Part shown: positions 13,364 to 23,908 of the stretch, one piece after another
Position numbering within the stretch: position 1 is the first letter of the stretch
How the letters are laid out: every line of letters starts with the position of its first letter
Source of the DNA: Nitrosopumilus sp.
Lineage (GTDB): Archaea > Thermoproteota > Nitrososphaeria > Nitrososphaerales > Nitrosopumilaceae
NCBI GenBank assembly: GCA_965214775.1
Contig: OZ243974.1
Span: forward strand, 256,001 to 320,000
DNA length: 64,000 bases
Direction: 5' to 3'
The notes under the pieces: model-generated
The model's database searches: none
The model's input: only the letters and a program-made list of their open reading frames with translations
Told to the model about the DNA's origin: nothing
Position numbers and translations under genes: made by a program

Positions 13364-14056
13364 ATGGGTTTAGGAAGCAGTTATTGGCACGAAGTGATCA
13401 AAGTTCTGAGGGACATCATCCCAGTCTATGACAAAGTAAATTCAATTATCTCGTTGGGAAGGGATGCAGAGCACAGAAACAGAGGAATCTCCAACAGGGT
13501 CCATCCCGGAAACAAGGTTCTTGATGCAGGCTCGGGATTTGGGAACATGTCAAAAGCGGCTCTAAAATTAACAGATGGGAGGATCTTCATTGCGCTATAT
13601 GATCCCCTTGTACCCATGCTAAAGAGTACAGGCACACATTTTAAAAAAACGCCGGATATGGCAAACGGGGTTTTTGAACACATTCCGTTTAGGGACGGAG
13701 AGTTTGATGCAGTTCTTTGCGGATACTCCTTAAGAGACGCAATAAACTTGCGAATTGCAATCTCAGAGATTCACCGAGTTCTAAAAGACGGGGGACGGCT
13801 TGTAATCGTTGATTTGGGAAAACCTGATCAGAGATTCATCAGGGCAGGAGTCGCATTTTATCTCAGATGTATTTTGCCGATTCTGGCATTTTCGGCAGGA
13901 GGCAAGTTGGGCTTAAAGTTTGGAACTTTGTATGGTACCTTCAAAAGATGGCCACAAAACAAAAAACTAGAGGAGTTATTGCTTGAAAGATTCTCAAGGG
14001 TGGAATTTGAGAAGGATCTTATGGGCGGAGCAGTAATGGTTGCAGCATACAAATGA
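13364..14056 (+). CDS. UbiE/MenG-like SAM methyltransferase
   Basis: VLDAGSGFG, EIHRVLKDGG. Confidence 0.85.
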   Translation: MGLGSSYWHEVIKVLRDIIPVYDKVNSIISLGRDAEHRNRGISNRVHPGNKVLDAGSGFGNMSKAALKLTDGRIFIALYDPLVPMLKSTGTHFKKTPDMANGVFEHIPFRDGEFDAVLCGYSLRDAINLRIAISEIHRVLKDGGRLVIVDLGKPDQRFIRAGVAFYLRCILPILAFSAGGKLGLKFGTLYGTFKRWPQNKKLEELLLERFSRVEFEKDLMGGAVMVAAYK

Positions 14057-15210
14057 ACAGGATTCTGATTCTAGTCAACATCACCGGGTTAATCATTGGG
14101 GTTTCATATGGACTTCATGGGCCAATCCTGCCGGTATTTGCAAAAAATGTCATTGGTGCGTCCTACTCGGAGTTGGGACTGATCGGATTGGCCAATTTTA
14201 TTCCATACATGTTCATTCCATTGTTTGTAGGAATTTTGCTTGACAGATTCAACAGTGGGCACCTATTGGCATTTGGAACGGCAGTTAATTCAGCATCAGT
14301 CTATCTTCTGTCAATTGCACAGTCGGTTCCAGAGATAATCGGGTTCAGGATTTTGACAGGGGTTGCACATGCATTCTTTTGGCCGCCATGCGAGGCCATA
14401 ATATCAAATGAGAGCACTGAGAAAAACCGAGTCAGGAATATCTCATGGTTTGCAATGTTTTTTGTAATCGGATTCATGGCAGGTCCGCTGCTTGGAACTG
14501 TATTTTTAGAAGAATTAGACATCACGTATAGGATTCTATTCCAAATCACAGCTTTCATTCTGGCTACGGCAATAATCGCGTCAGTCTTGGCCTCAAAGAG
14601 AGGCAAAAAGGACCACCGTCATGGAAAATTTTCGTTTTCCTCAATAAAAGAAATGGGGAGGTTTCCCGAAGTCATGATTTTGTTAATTTTTTGTACTTCA
14701 TCATTTGGGATAATTCTAACGATTTATCCTGCGTTTCTCAACGACAATGAAATGACAGATGCTGATATTTTGTATCTGTATTTTGTATTTGGGATCTCAA
14801 GAGTAATTTCGCTTGCGCTTGCTGGAAAGTTTGTACGAAAAACCAGCCAGACATTGATTGCTGCAACAGCTGCAGTTTCAATCGGTTTGGCAATGTCGGT
14901 GGTCGGGGATTCCATTTTTGTCTATGCAGCTGCGTTGATACTCATGGGGTTTGGATTTAGCATATTTTTCCCACTAACCCTGGAGATTGTTTTGAGCAAA
15001 ACCAGAAAAGGAATTTCAGGCAAGATTATTGGCGCATATGAGACAGTCTTTGGAATGGGATGGGCAATTGGTCCCACCATAGGAGGGCCCATAACACAGT
15101 CGCTTGGTGACCAATCGCCATACATCGTATTTTGCATGATTGGGGCCGGAGTTACCGTCTTGGCAATTGTTTGTAGAAAAAAATTAGAGCCGCAAAGAAT
15201 ACAAAATTAG
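14053..15210 (+). CDS. MFS transporter
   Basis: About 12 hydrophobic segments; GILLDRF motif A. Confidence 0.9.
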   Translation: MNRILILVNITGLIIGVSYGLHGPILPVFAKNVIGASYSELGLIGLANFIPYMFIPLFVGILLDRFNSGHLLAFGTAVNSASVYLLSIAQSVPEIIGFRILTGVAHAFFWPPCEAIISNESTEKNRVRNISWFAMFFVIGFMAGPLLGTVFLEELDITYRILFQITAFILATAIIASVLASKRGKKDHRHGKFSFSSIKEMGRFPEVMILLIFCTSSFGIILTIYPAFLNDNEMTDADILYLYFVFGISRVISLALAGKFVRKTSQTLIAATAAVSIGLAMSVVGDSIFVYAAALILMGFGFSIFFPLTLEIVLSKTRKGISGKIIGAYETVFGMGWAIGPTIGGPITQSLGDQSPYIVFCMIGAGVTVLAIVCRKKLEPQRIQN

Positions 15211-15521
15211 ATGGATGTGGTTCCACGTTTTTTAGAACAAATGTCTAGTGCATCCTCGACAGGCATTACAAAGACCTTCCCATCACCTTTTGTTCCAGTA
15301 CAGGCTACATCTGCAATGGAATCCAATATGTCATCAAGTTTGGGATCATCTATAACACATGTTATCATCTCTCCACTAAAGTACTGACCTACAAGCGGAG
15401 GATCCTGGGCTCCTTGACCCTGAACATGATGAACAGTTACGCCACCAACGCCATGTTTCTTGATTGCAGCAACAACTGCATCCCTGGCTGAGGGTGGGAC
15501 AATTGCATCGATTCTTTTCAT
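15207..15521 (-). CDS. P-II family nitrogen regulatory protein (short T-loop)
   Basis: MKRIDAIV, TGTKGDGKVFV. Confidence 0.9.
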   Translation of the reverse strand: MKRIDAIVPPSARDAVVAAIKKHGVGGVTVHHVQGQGAQDPPLVGQYFSGEMITCVIDDPKLDDILDSIADVACTGTKGDGKVFVMPVEDALDICSKKRGTTSI

Positions 15522-15774
15522 AAAGTATTATGAATCATAATTTGTTTAAATGTAGCTGATCGGGTCATGAAAGTCGTTTCCGGCGACGGTTTTGGGCACA
15601 GATTCCGTTTTGATCGGCATTCATTGGGGGCAAAATCCGTGCCTGAATTTCCAGAGCATGGCATGTTACGTCTAAATCGACAGGCAGATTCCCGTGTGAC
15701 TTTTCAAAAACGGGGCCTGGTCAGGCGTGACATGCAACATTACGTTTAATTTCAAACCGGATCATTGATGATAC

Positions 15775-16119
15775 ATGATTGGGCATCCATTAAACGTGGC
15801 AGGCAGCGAATGGATAATCATAATTTTTGTTGCACTAGTCCTGATTTTGGGAACAGGAAGATTGCCAGGAGCTGCAAAAAAACTTGGAAAAGCTGTCAGC
15901 GAGTACAATAAAGCAAGAAGCGACATACAAGACCACATGAAAGAGGTTGCGGAAAAAACACCCAAAATATCAGGACCTGTTGAATCTGAAAGGGAAAAAT
16001 TGGAAATGATTGCAAAATCCATCGGAGTAAAAACTGAAGAAAGATCCAATGACGAGTTGCGGAAAATCATTGCCGATAAAATTGGTCAAAAGAGGATCGA
16101 TGAGCATGAAACAAAATGA
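15775..16119 (+). CDS. tatA: TatA/E twin-arginine translocase subunit
   Basis: EWIIIIFVALVLILG..RLP..AKKLGK. Confidence 0.85.
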   Translation: MIGHPLNVAGSEWIIIIFVALVLILGTGRLPGAAKKLGKAVSEYNKARSDIQDHMKEVAEKTPKISGPVESEREKLEMIAKSIGVKTEERSNDELRKIIADKIGQKRIDEHETK

Positions 16120-16181
16120 ATCGTTTTGATTTTTTGGCAACCAGTTATGTCAGAACAACCCGTTCCCGTCCCGTCCAGTGC

Positions 16182-16928
16182 CTAGAGCAAAAACTCCGCT
16201 GCGTTTGTGCCGTCCTTTGTAATCCTTATCCACCTGTTCCTGCCGATCTTCTCGGTCTCGATGAACCCCCACGTCTCCTCCAGAGGCTGGATGATGTTCT
16301 TGTCAAGGCTTGCAAACCTTGCCATCGAGTGGTTGGCCTCTTTTGCGTTGACCGTTATGAGGCCCTTGTCCTCAGATACCTGCGCCATCTCCTTTTTTGT
16401 CAGCCTGCCCCCGCGCTCCCTTATGATCCCTAGTGCGGCAACCAGCTTTGGCTCCGGCGTCCGGATAGAGTACGGGGGAACGTCGTGGATCTCCCTGATT
16501 CCGGTGGAGACGGGCTGCTTTTGGTCAAATCCCGGATAGTGTTCTGCCTCTGCATAAAACGGATGGATGCTGGAACCGTCATTGAACATCATGCATGCCA
16601 TCATGGTTCCGATTGCCTGGATCTTGCTTCCCGATGCTAGGTTCACATAGACGTCGTTTCCCTCCTCTTGCCCCAGGATGGTCTTGACTGCGCGGATGAT
16701 CTTAAACAGATCCCGCCTGTCATGGGATTCGGTAACAACCTTGACTCCTGACTCTTCAAGCCGTCTTGTGATCTCTGAGACAAAGGGCACTGCCTTGTCA
16801 TCACTCTTGTTGTCGTGTACGAGCAGCCAGACCCTGTCGGCCTTTTCCTGCACGGCAGGCAGAACTATCCTGTCTATCTCGTATCCTACGGGCGCCACAT
16901 GTACGCGCATCTTTGCAATCCTGACCAT
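16182..16928 (-). CDS. CARF-like Rossmann plus wHTH regulator (HFX_2341/DUF6293-like)
   Basis: RVHVAPVGYEIDRI, YVNLASGSK, C-terminal winged helix KIGRNRWIRIT. Confidence 0.8.
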   Translation of the reverse strand: MVRIAKMRVHVAPVGYEIDRIVLPAVQEKADRVWLLVHDNKSDDKAVPFVSEITRRLEESGVKVVTESHDRRDLFKIIRAVKTILGQEEGNDVYVNLASGSKIQAIGTMMACMMFNDGSSIHPFYAEAEHYPGFDQKQPVSTGIREIHDVPPYSIRTPEPKLVAALGIIRERGGRLTKKEMAQVSEDKGLITVNAKEANHSMARFASLDKNIIQPLEETWGFIETEKIGRNRWIRITKDGTNAAEFLL

Positions 16929-16993
16929 AATAATATCCCAAGTATGCATACTATTGACATGCTATATAATAATTTCCCAATCTGTGTTACCTC

Positions 16994-17419
16994 ATGAAAC
17001 AGGCACACACCCAGAAGATAGCGCTTGACTCGTGCGTGGTGATCGACCTGATCGAAAGGCCGGGCATAGCCCATGCGCTCAGGGCCCGTCTCAGGGGCAA
17101 GTCACTGGAGGTGGTTCTCTGCGATGTGGTACTGCGGGAGGTTCAAAAGGTCAGGGGGTTGTCCTCAAAAACGGTGATCGGGAGAATCTCCAAAATCCTC
17201 GGTAGGCGGATCGAACTGGCAAAGGCCGGTGAGCACAACAGGGCCGCCGCACACGAAATTACCGACCGGTTCCAGATCTGCCACAACGGGGACAATGAGA
17301 TTCTCAGCCTGTGCCGGACAAGGGACTTTGTACTGGTAACATTTGACAGGATGCTTCTCAAGACATGCCAGTTTCTCGGCGTTGCGGCATTTCATCCGTC
17401 AGAGGCAGGAGGTATCTGA
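16994..17419 (+). CDS. PIN-domain (VapC-like) ribonuclease
   Basis: ALDSCVVI, VLRE, GDNEIL, LVTFDR acidic motifs. Confidence 0.85.
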   Translation: MKQAHTQKIALDSCVVIDLIERPGIAHALRARLRGKSLEVVLCDVVLREVQKVRGLSSKTVIGRISKILGRRIELAKAGEHNRAAAHEITDRFQICHNGDNEILSLCRTRDFVLVTFDRMLLKTCQFLGVAAFHPSEAGGI

Positions 17420-17428
17420 AGATGAGCC

Positions 17429-17974
17429 ATGCGTATCCCAGGATTGTCAGGGAGTTTGATGACGAGGATGACGAGCCGATGGTGTACGGGGGCCGCTAAG
17501 TTGGAGGCCGCCAGAGACACCCATGCATCTTTTGCAAAGACGGTGGACTGCCGCAGTACGGGATCTAGGACAGAGGTGCAGCAGCAACAGCGGCTGCCAT
17601 CGGTGGGGAGCACCGGGTCTGCAACAGCCATCATCAACTACACAAAACAGACTGACTCCCACAAAAAAAGCCTGTCTGAGGCGCTTGTCAACTCGTTTGG
17701 AGGATATCCGATAGGGTACGGCCTGGGGATTGTGATCCTGCCCATGTCCATGGGATGGATTCGGGAGGATCCGCTGACGGCCAACCTGGCGATAACCTTC
17801 GTCTATGCCTCGGTCTCCTTTGCAAGGAGTTACTTTCTGAGGAGAATCTTTGAGCGGCTGGGAATTGATGACAACTTTATAAGAATGGGGATGAGGTTGG
17901 GCGCCAAAATAAAGTCCGGTCTGGGAGGTCGACGATACCCCTTTTATGGACATGTGACGGGTGTAAAGATATGA
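17429..17974 (+). CDS. Small two-TM membrane protein (true start uncertain, probably downstream)
   Basis: KSLSEALVN..GY...T..S..RSYFLRRIFE; stop overlaps the next ATG. Confidence 0.6.
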   Translation: MRIPGLSGSLMTRMTSRWCTGAAKLEAARDTHASFAKTVDCRSTGSRTEVQQQQRLPSVGSTGSATAIINYTKQTDSHKKSLSEALVNSFGGYPIGYGLGIVILPMSMGWIREDPLTANLAITFVYASVSFARSYFLRRIFERLGIDDNFIRMGMRLGAKIKSGLGGRRYPFYGHVTGVKI

Positions 17975-19483
17975 CAAGTATAACGTTTTACGGAGGAGTC
18001 AAGGACATTGGTGGAAACAAGTTCCTCGTAGAGTCCAAGGGTACGAAGATTTTCATGGATTTTGGGATGAGCTTTGGGGACGAAAACAAGTATTTTTCAG
18101 AGTATCTCAAGCCCCGTGGTGCAAACAGCCTTACTGACATGATCGAGCTTGGAATCCTGCCCAAGGTAAAAGGGCTCTACAGAACAGATTATGCCAAGCA
18201 CATGGGTTTTAGGGGAGACGAGGAGACCGAAATCGACGGCCTGCTGCTTACCCATGCACACGTCGATCACTGCGCATACATCAAGTACATAAGGCCCGAT
18301 ATTCCGATTTACTGCTCCGAAGAGTCGTATCTGATAATGAAGAATTTCGATGAGACGGGAAGCGGGGAGCAGTATCTGACACTGAAGAAAAATTTTGGGT
18401 TTCATAAGAGCACAAAGGGCTCAACGAAGGGAAAGATGGTCAAAGACACAAAGGATACGAAAATCCAGAGGACGATCAAGGTTTTTAAGAGCTACAAAAA
18501 GTTCAACATCGACTCGATAGGAGTCGAGCCGCTGCCGGTGGACCACTCGATATCAGGTGTTCACGGGTTTGTGTTGGATACCCCCGAGGGGATCATTGCA
18601 AACACCGCCGACCTGAGGTTTCACGGACGCAGGGCAAGGGACACCGAAAGGTTCGTTGAGAGATGCTCAGAGGCATCCCTGGATCTGTTGTTGTGTGAGG
18701 GGACGAGAATAAACAGCACGTCGTCGCCCACCGAATACGACGTAGAGAAGAGAATCACAGATATAGTCAACAGCACAGAAAACCTCGTAATCTGCGGATA
18801 CCCGATCAGGGATTTGGACAGGCTCCAGTCGTTTTATCTGGCTGCAAAAAAAAACCGGCAGGGACCTGGTCATCGAGCCAAAGCAGGCATACCTCTTGAA
18901 GCTCTTCAACGAGTCTGAAAACCTAAGGGGTCTCTACCCGAGCCCGACGGACAGTCACATCAAGATCTACATGCCAAAGGGTCAATGGGGACTGATTGAC
19001 AAGGACATTAAGGTACATACCAGAAAGCTTCTCGATGAGGACTATGGGATATGGGTACGGGAGTTTCTGGACTATGGCAACAAGATTGACTATCGTGACG
19101 TGTCCCTGAAACAAAAGGAGCTGATGTTATCGCTCAGTGACTTCAAGCTGCAGGAACTGATTGACATCAGGCCCAAGGAGGGGTCAAGCTATGTCAGGTC
19201 TCTGACCGAGCCGTTTGATACCGAGATGGAGCTTAAGCAGCAAAGGATCAAAAACTGGTTTGCAAGGTTCGGGCTGATCTCTGCAGAAAAAAAGTGGCAT
19301 CAGATCCATGTCTCGGGGCACGGGGATGGAGAGCAGATCAAAAAAATCATAGAGGGCGCCAATGCCAAAAAAATCATTCCGATTCATACCGAGCTTGGCA
19401 ACGAGGTATATCACAGGATGTGGCACCAAAACGTCGAATCGGTGAATCAGAACGACTCTGTAAAAATAGGGGGCGCATCCTGA
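17971..19483 (+). pseudogene. RNase J-like metallo-beta-lactamase/beta-CASP nuclease, split by +1 A in a poly-A run
   Basis: GGVKDIGGN, THAHVDH, DLRFHG, CEGT, HVSGH, IPIH. A9 run at 18846-18854; A8 restores AKKTGRDLVIEPKQAYLLK. Confidence 0.85.
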
Positions 19484-19484
19484 C

Positions 19485-20133
19485 ATGAATCTGGTTCCAG
19501 ATATCAGGCAAAGACCGGGCCCGCAGCAGCAGGTATCTATACGAGACGCTGGAGACGAACAGAAATCCTTGCAGGAGAACGAGGATTCGCAGTATCAGGA
19601 GATCTTTTACTGGAAGGGCAGTATTGCAGACACCGCGCCAAGCAATCCTAACGGGTTCAAACCCATTGATCTGCCAAAGGCGCTGGATGAGACCATGAAT
19701 CTGGTAAATGGTGATCCGACTTACAAGGATCCGCATGATGCGCAGATCATGTTTTACAACCAGAAAAACTTTGACTCTCTGGGCATTATCCGGACGCGCG
19801 AGGATCTGTGGAGCCTTTCCACTCCCGTGTTTTGTGACGACGATCGCTGTCGCTTCAAGCACATAACCAACTGTAACACCAGAAGGCTTGTGGACATAAT
19901 CGAGGCGCTCTTTGTGGCAGATGACTGGCATGGAATGGCCGATTTTCGGTTTGCCCGTTGGGTATATGAGTTTGAGATGTCCTATTCTGGTCCTGACAAT
20001 CCGGACGCAATCAGAAAGGCCATATAGGAGTTGGGTATATGAGTTTGAGATGTCCTATTCTGGCCCGGTTGGATGGTCATATCGAAGGGTTTCTGTGCGT
20101 AAAGATACCAATCGGTTGGAGGATTGGAGATGA
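19485..20133 (+). pseudogene. Hypothetical protein interrupted by a 73-bp repeat-filler-repeat insertion
   Basis: Removing 73 bp joins ORF 19485 to ..SYSGPVGWSYRR..EDWR*, whose TGA overlaps the ATG at 20130. Confidence 0.7.
19957..20066. repeat. 37-bp direct repeat (1 mismatch) flanking a 36-bp unique filler
   Basis: GTTGGGTATATGAGTTTGAGATGTCCTATTCTGG(T/C)CC at 19957 and 20030. Confidence 0.9.
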
Positions 20134-20333
20134 TTAGGGCCCGCAGGCTGTTCCTAGTGCCGGTTCTGGCAATACTGTTCACCTCGTGGATACCTCTTGT
20201 CGGGATACCCGCGTGCATAATTCTGATTGTATGGTGGTATACGCGCAATCAGACAGACATACACGATTATTTCCGTGGAAGAAGTCATAGAAAGGGGGAG
20301 TTAAGCCGCGATGAGACAGAAAAATGGCGGTAA
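20130..20333 (+). CDS. Small membrane protein
   Basis: Hydrophobic hairpin; ATGA coupling with the restored upstream gene. Confidence 0.55.
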   Translation: MIRARRLFLVPVLAILFTSWIPLVGIPACIILIVWWYTRNQTDIHDYFRGRSHRKGELSRDETEKWR

Positions 20334-20368
20334 GGCCCCGCATGTCAGCCGGACTGCAGGCAGCAAGG

Positions 20369-20626
20369 CAGAGAGGTGATCTGAAATCAGAAGGTAACAG
20401 GTCGGGCTCTGGAAGCTGCTCCTGATTTTAGGCACGAATCTACACTGGAGGCCTCCCCGAGATGGCAAAACTCGCACCTGAACTTCCAGAGCCCTACCTG
20501 TTACATCAGAAGCCGTGGGAATTTTTCAAGTGGTTTTACAGATAATTTGTGTTTTGTTGATGTTTTGAGTTGTCTTATGTAATCATTTACAAGTAATCTG
20601 GCTCTGCTAATTGAGCCAACTCTCAG
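20369..20626. mobile_element. MITE family C (reverse orientation) interrupted by a nested IS66-type MITE
   Basis: CAGAGAGGTGATCTGAAATCAG...CTAATTGAGCCAACTCTCAG. Confidence 0.8.
20394..20504. mobile_element. IS66-type MITE (111 bp) nested in family C
   Basis: TIR GTAACAGGTCGGGCTCTGGAAG/CTTCCAGAGCCCTACCTGTTAC; perfect 8-bp TSD ATCAGAAG. Confidence 0.9.
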
Positions 20627-20638
20627 CGGAGATATACA

Positions 20639-20727
20639 AGGAGTTTACCCCTCACCTGAGATACGGCGTGGCAGGCGTGATCATGAAGGCTCCAGGCAGC
20701 AGTGTCGCCTGAGGGGTAAACTCGTAC
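20639..20727. mobile_element. MITE family A (reverse orientation, left tip eroded)
   Basis: GAGTTTACCCC...GGGGTAAACTCGTAC; flanks GATATACA(A). Confidence 0.85.
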
Positions 20728-20773
20728 GATATACAAAGCCATCAAGAGGCAGCGGCCTCTGCTCTTGTCTTTG

Positions 20774-21046
20774 GGGTTGTCGCCTGATTCATCAGAATTT
20801 CTGAAAACCATGCGATGTTATCCTGACTAGGCGTGCAAAAATGGCGGAGATTCAGAAAAGCGTGCGGATTGAGTCCGGCAGGTGGAATTAGGCGACAATC
20901 CCTTGTCTCTGTCGACGTGGAGGTTGTTGCCTAATTCGCCAGAATTCCTGAAAACCATGCGATGTTATTCGGATCAGGTGTGCAAGAGGGCGGAAATTCA
21001 AAAGAACGTCAGGTTGAGTCAAACAAATGAAGTTAGGAAACGGCCC
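20774..21046. mobile_element. Two tandem MITE family F copies (about 20774-20901 and 20921-21046)
   Basis: TIR GGTTGTCGCCTAATTC...GAATTAGGCGACAACC; also at 46859 and 60964. Confidence 0.85.
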
Positions 21047-21204
21047 ACCTCCTCTTCCTCTCTGCTGTCGATGATCTGACTGCAAACCTTGCAAAAAAAC
21101 CAGGGCCGTTTTCTGAGAAATGCAAGTGACTGCCGAGTCCTGTCCGAAACAATAATGGCCCGGGCTTTTGGCGTTCCTATGCCGCATCTGCACCACGAGC
21201 AAGA

Positions 21205-21299
21205 CATAGTGCGCACAGTTGAAATCTGAAAATTTTTTATCAAAATAGGCACGATATGTCAAAATTACGGTCCGTTTTTTTTTTGATGTGCGCACTATA
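21205..21299. mobile_element. MITE family K (IS630-like TA ends)
   Basis: ATAGTGCGCACA...TGTGCGCACTATA; partial homolog at about 33570-33632. Confidence 0.75.
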
Positions 21300-21349
21300 G
21301 ACGGCATTCTGAAACAATAAATCACTAATCAATCCACGGCAAGTAGATC

Positions 21350-23866
21350 TTGAAATTTCCATGTCCCAAATGCAAGTCAAAAATTGAGATTCAAAAGACA
21401 TTCAACAAAAAAATGCACGTTTCTTGCAGCAAATGTGGCATATGGGATCTTTTGGAATTTGCAAAGAATCCTGATGAAGTGTTTCTGGAATTTTTGGAAA
21501 GATACGACAAGGGATTAGTTGGCAGGAAGGGAGGGTTAGAAGAGAGTCTCAATGCAGAAGAGATAATAAGATCAGAAGGCGAAATCAAGGGCTTGATCGG
21601 AGAGAAAAACCCCGACAGGATTACTGAGGAAATACTATATTCAAAAAAAGACTACATCTCAGAATACAGGGTTTTGAAGAATCCTGAGCCCGAAATGGGC
21701 AGCAAAATTGAGGATTTGGGACTGGAAGACGGAATCACAGATCACCTGTCAGATTTAGGAATAAGGCAGCTTTACAAGTTTCAAGAGGAGTCCATTTCTG
21801 AAATTCTTTATGGCCAGAACATCGTAATCGAGGCACCGACTGCTTCTGGAAAAACCGAGGCGTTCTTGATTCCCATAGTCCAGAAAATAAAAAAAGACGG
21901 AGTCAAAGGCAATGTTTTTGCGATTTTTGTATATCCCACAAAGGCCCTTGCACGAGATCAGCATCCCAAGATAAAGAATCTTGCAGACAAGGTTGGAATC
22001 AGAGTAGGGGTTTTTGACGGAGACACACGACTTGAAGAAAGAAGAGACATTATTGACAATCCTCCACACATACTTGTAACAAATTTCGATGTCTTGCACT
22101 ATCACATGTGGCATCAGACAAAATTTTCGTCAATTTTAACATCAACGCAGATGCTAGTCGCAGATGAAGCACATGTCTATTCAGGCATTTTTGGAACAAA
22201 CGTTCACTATATCATCAAGCGATTAAAGCGAATTTGCGCAAAAAAGATCCAGTTTATTGCGGCGTCTGCAACACTTGATGACGCCAAAGAATTTTGTCAG
22301 GAATTGTTTGGCGAGGAGGAAATGCAACTGATTCACGGTTCTGGAAAAAAAGGCCAAACGGACTTTGTCATGATGTTTCCGTCACTTCGAACGCAAAGGG
22401 CCTTGATGGTAGATTTGACAAAACGGCTAACGCAAAAAAAACACAAAACAATGGTTTTCAACAACTCCCATCTAAATTCAGAACTTTTAGCCATTCAAGC
22501 TAAAAAGCAAAAAGTCAACATCAAGGTTCACAGGGCAGGACTAATGGCCAAATACAGAACGTCAGTCGAAAAGCAATTCAAAGAGGATAGTCTGGATGCA
22601 ATATCCTGCACTCCCACGCTTGAACTAGGCATAGATGTAGGAGATGTTGACGGGGTAATCTCGTCCACAATTCCCGTCAACAGGCTTACTCAAAGGATAG
22701 GCCGCGCGGCAAGAAAAGGTCAAAGGGGATACGCATTTTTGGCATTGGGAAATGATCCGATTTCCCAGTATTACAAAAATCACCCGGATGATTATTTTGA
22801 GGACATAGAGAAGACATACATAGATCCTAAAAACCCATTTGTCGAAGAATTCCAAGTCTTGGCAATGGCTTGTGATAGGCCAATATCCAAGCACGAGTTA
22901 AAAGAGCATCAGGAGATAATCGGGCATCACCTGACCAACGGGAATCTAAAAGAACACGGAAACAGAATAATCCCCAATTTTGAGAAAGTTTCCCCAATGC
23001 TAGACGACTACAGCATCAGGGGCATTGGAAAGTCAATAGATATTTTTCTTAATGGGAAAAAAGTCGGAGATAGAGTTTTACCAATCGCACTTGAGGAACT
23101 GCATGAATCTGCGATATATTTTTTGGCAGGGACAAGATACCGTGTCAAAGAACTGGACTATCCTAGAAAAAATTATGCAAAGCTGGAAAGGATTCCAAGA
23201 GACTATCCATATTATACAAAGGCACTCACAGAAGAATGGCCCACAATAGAAACAGTCTATGAACGGCGAACTGCAAATGGAATGGAAGTTGCGTTTTGCA
23301 AATTACGCATTGAGAAAAAAGTTCACGGTTATGTAAACATGGAACTAGGTCAGGAAATTACGCAGGGTGAAAAGATGATGCTTGATGAGCCATTAGAATA
23401 CGGCTTTATTACAAAGGGAATTGTATTTCATGCTCCACGTCCAACGAAGACTATCAAAGAATCCGAAGATGAGGAATATGCCGAAGCCAGCGGATATCAT
23501 GCAACTGAACATGTCGTAATTGAAGGAAGCAACATGATCACAGGAGGGGTTTCCCAGGATTTGGGAGGCATTTCGTTGGGCACTTCAGGCCTGATTTTTG
23601 TGTATGACGCGGCCATCGGAGGCAGCGGGGCAAGCAAAGCCCTCTATGACAGACTTGAAAGAGCCCTTGAGAGAAGCATGCATATTGTAAGAGAATGTCC
23701 ATGTAAAAGCGAGGCAGGATGCCCGAGATGCACATTCTCATACAGATGCGGAAACAATAACGAATATCTCCACAAGCATTCTGCACTAGAAGTTCTTGAG
23801 AGGATCAACGGCGGTCAAAAGACCAGGCTGATTGATCCGGCAAAAGAAGACAGGCCTTTGGTCTGA
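21350..23866 (+). CDS. DEAD/DEAH helicase with C-terminal DUF1998 Zn domain (Hrq1/SftH-like)
   Basis: PTASGKT, DEAH, SAT, QRIGRAAR, CPC..GCPRC. Confidence 0.9.
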   Translation: MKFPCPKCKSKIEIQKTFNKKMHVSCSKCGIWDLLEFAKNPDEVFLEFLERYDKGLVGRKGGLEESLNAEEIIRSEGEIKGLIGEKNPDRITEEILYSKKDYISEYRVLKNPEPEMGSKIEDLGLEDGITDHLSDLGIRQLYKFQEESISEILYGQNIVIEAPTASGKTEAFLIPIVQKIKKDGVKGNVFAIFVYPTKALARDQHPKIKNLADKVGIRVGVFDGDTRLEERRDIIDNPPHILVTNFDVLHYHMWHQTKFSSILTSTQMLVADEAHVYSGIFGTNVHYIIKRLKRICAKKIQFIAASATLDDAKEFCQELFGEEEMQLIHGSGKKGQTDFVMMFPSLRTQRALMVDLTKRLTQKKHKTMVFNNSHLNSELLAIQAKKQKVNIKVHRAGLMAKYRTSVEKQFKEDSLDAISCTPTLELGIDVGDVDGVISSTIPVNRLTQRIGRAARKGQRGYAFLALGNDPISQYYKNHPDDYFEDIEKTYIDPKNPFVEEFQVLAMACDRPISKHELKEHQEIIGHHLTNGNLKEHGNRIIPNFEKVSPMLDDYSIRGIGKSIDIFLNGKKVGDRVLPIALEELHESAIYFLAGTRYRVKELDYPRKNYAKLERIPRDYPYYTKALTEEWPTIETVYERRTANGMEVAFCKLRIEKKVHGYVNMELGQEITQGEKMMLDEPLEYGFITKGIVFHAPRPTKTIKESEDEEYAEASGYHATEHVVIEGSNMITGGVSQDLGGISLGTSGLIFVYDAAIGGSGASKALYDRLERALERSMHIVRECPCKSEAGCPRCTFSYRCGNNNEYLHKHSALEVLERINGGQKTRLIDPAKEDRPLV

Positions 23867-23908
23867 AAATCAAAATAGGATAAATAAGACAAAAATGCTG
23901 GATCAACC

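Noticed and set aside
15207-15521. P-II with truncated T-loop as a novelty
   Set aside because: Divergent P-II paralogs are common in Thaumarchaeota.
19957-20066. Canonical CRISPR array (also 45682 and 49641)
   Set aside because: Only two repeats each, the repeats are local gene or intergenic sequence that differs between sites, and there is no leader or cas gene nearby. Reported as insertion scars instead.
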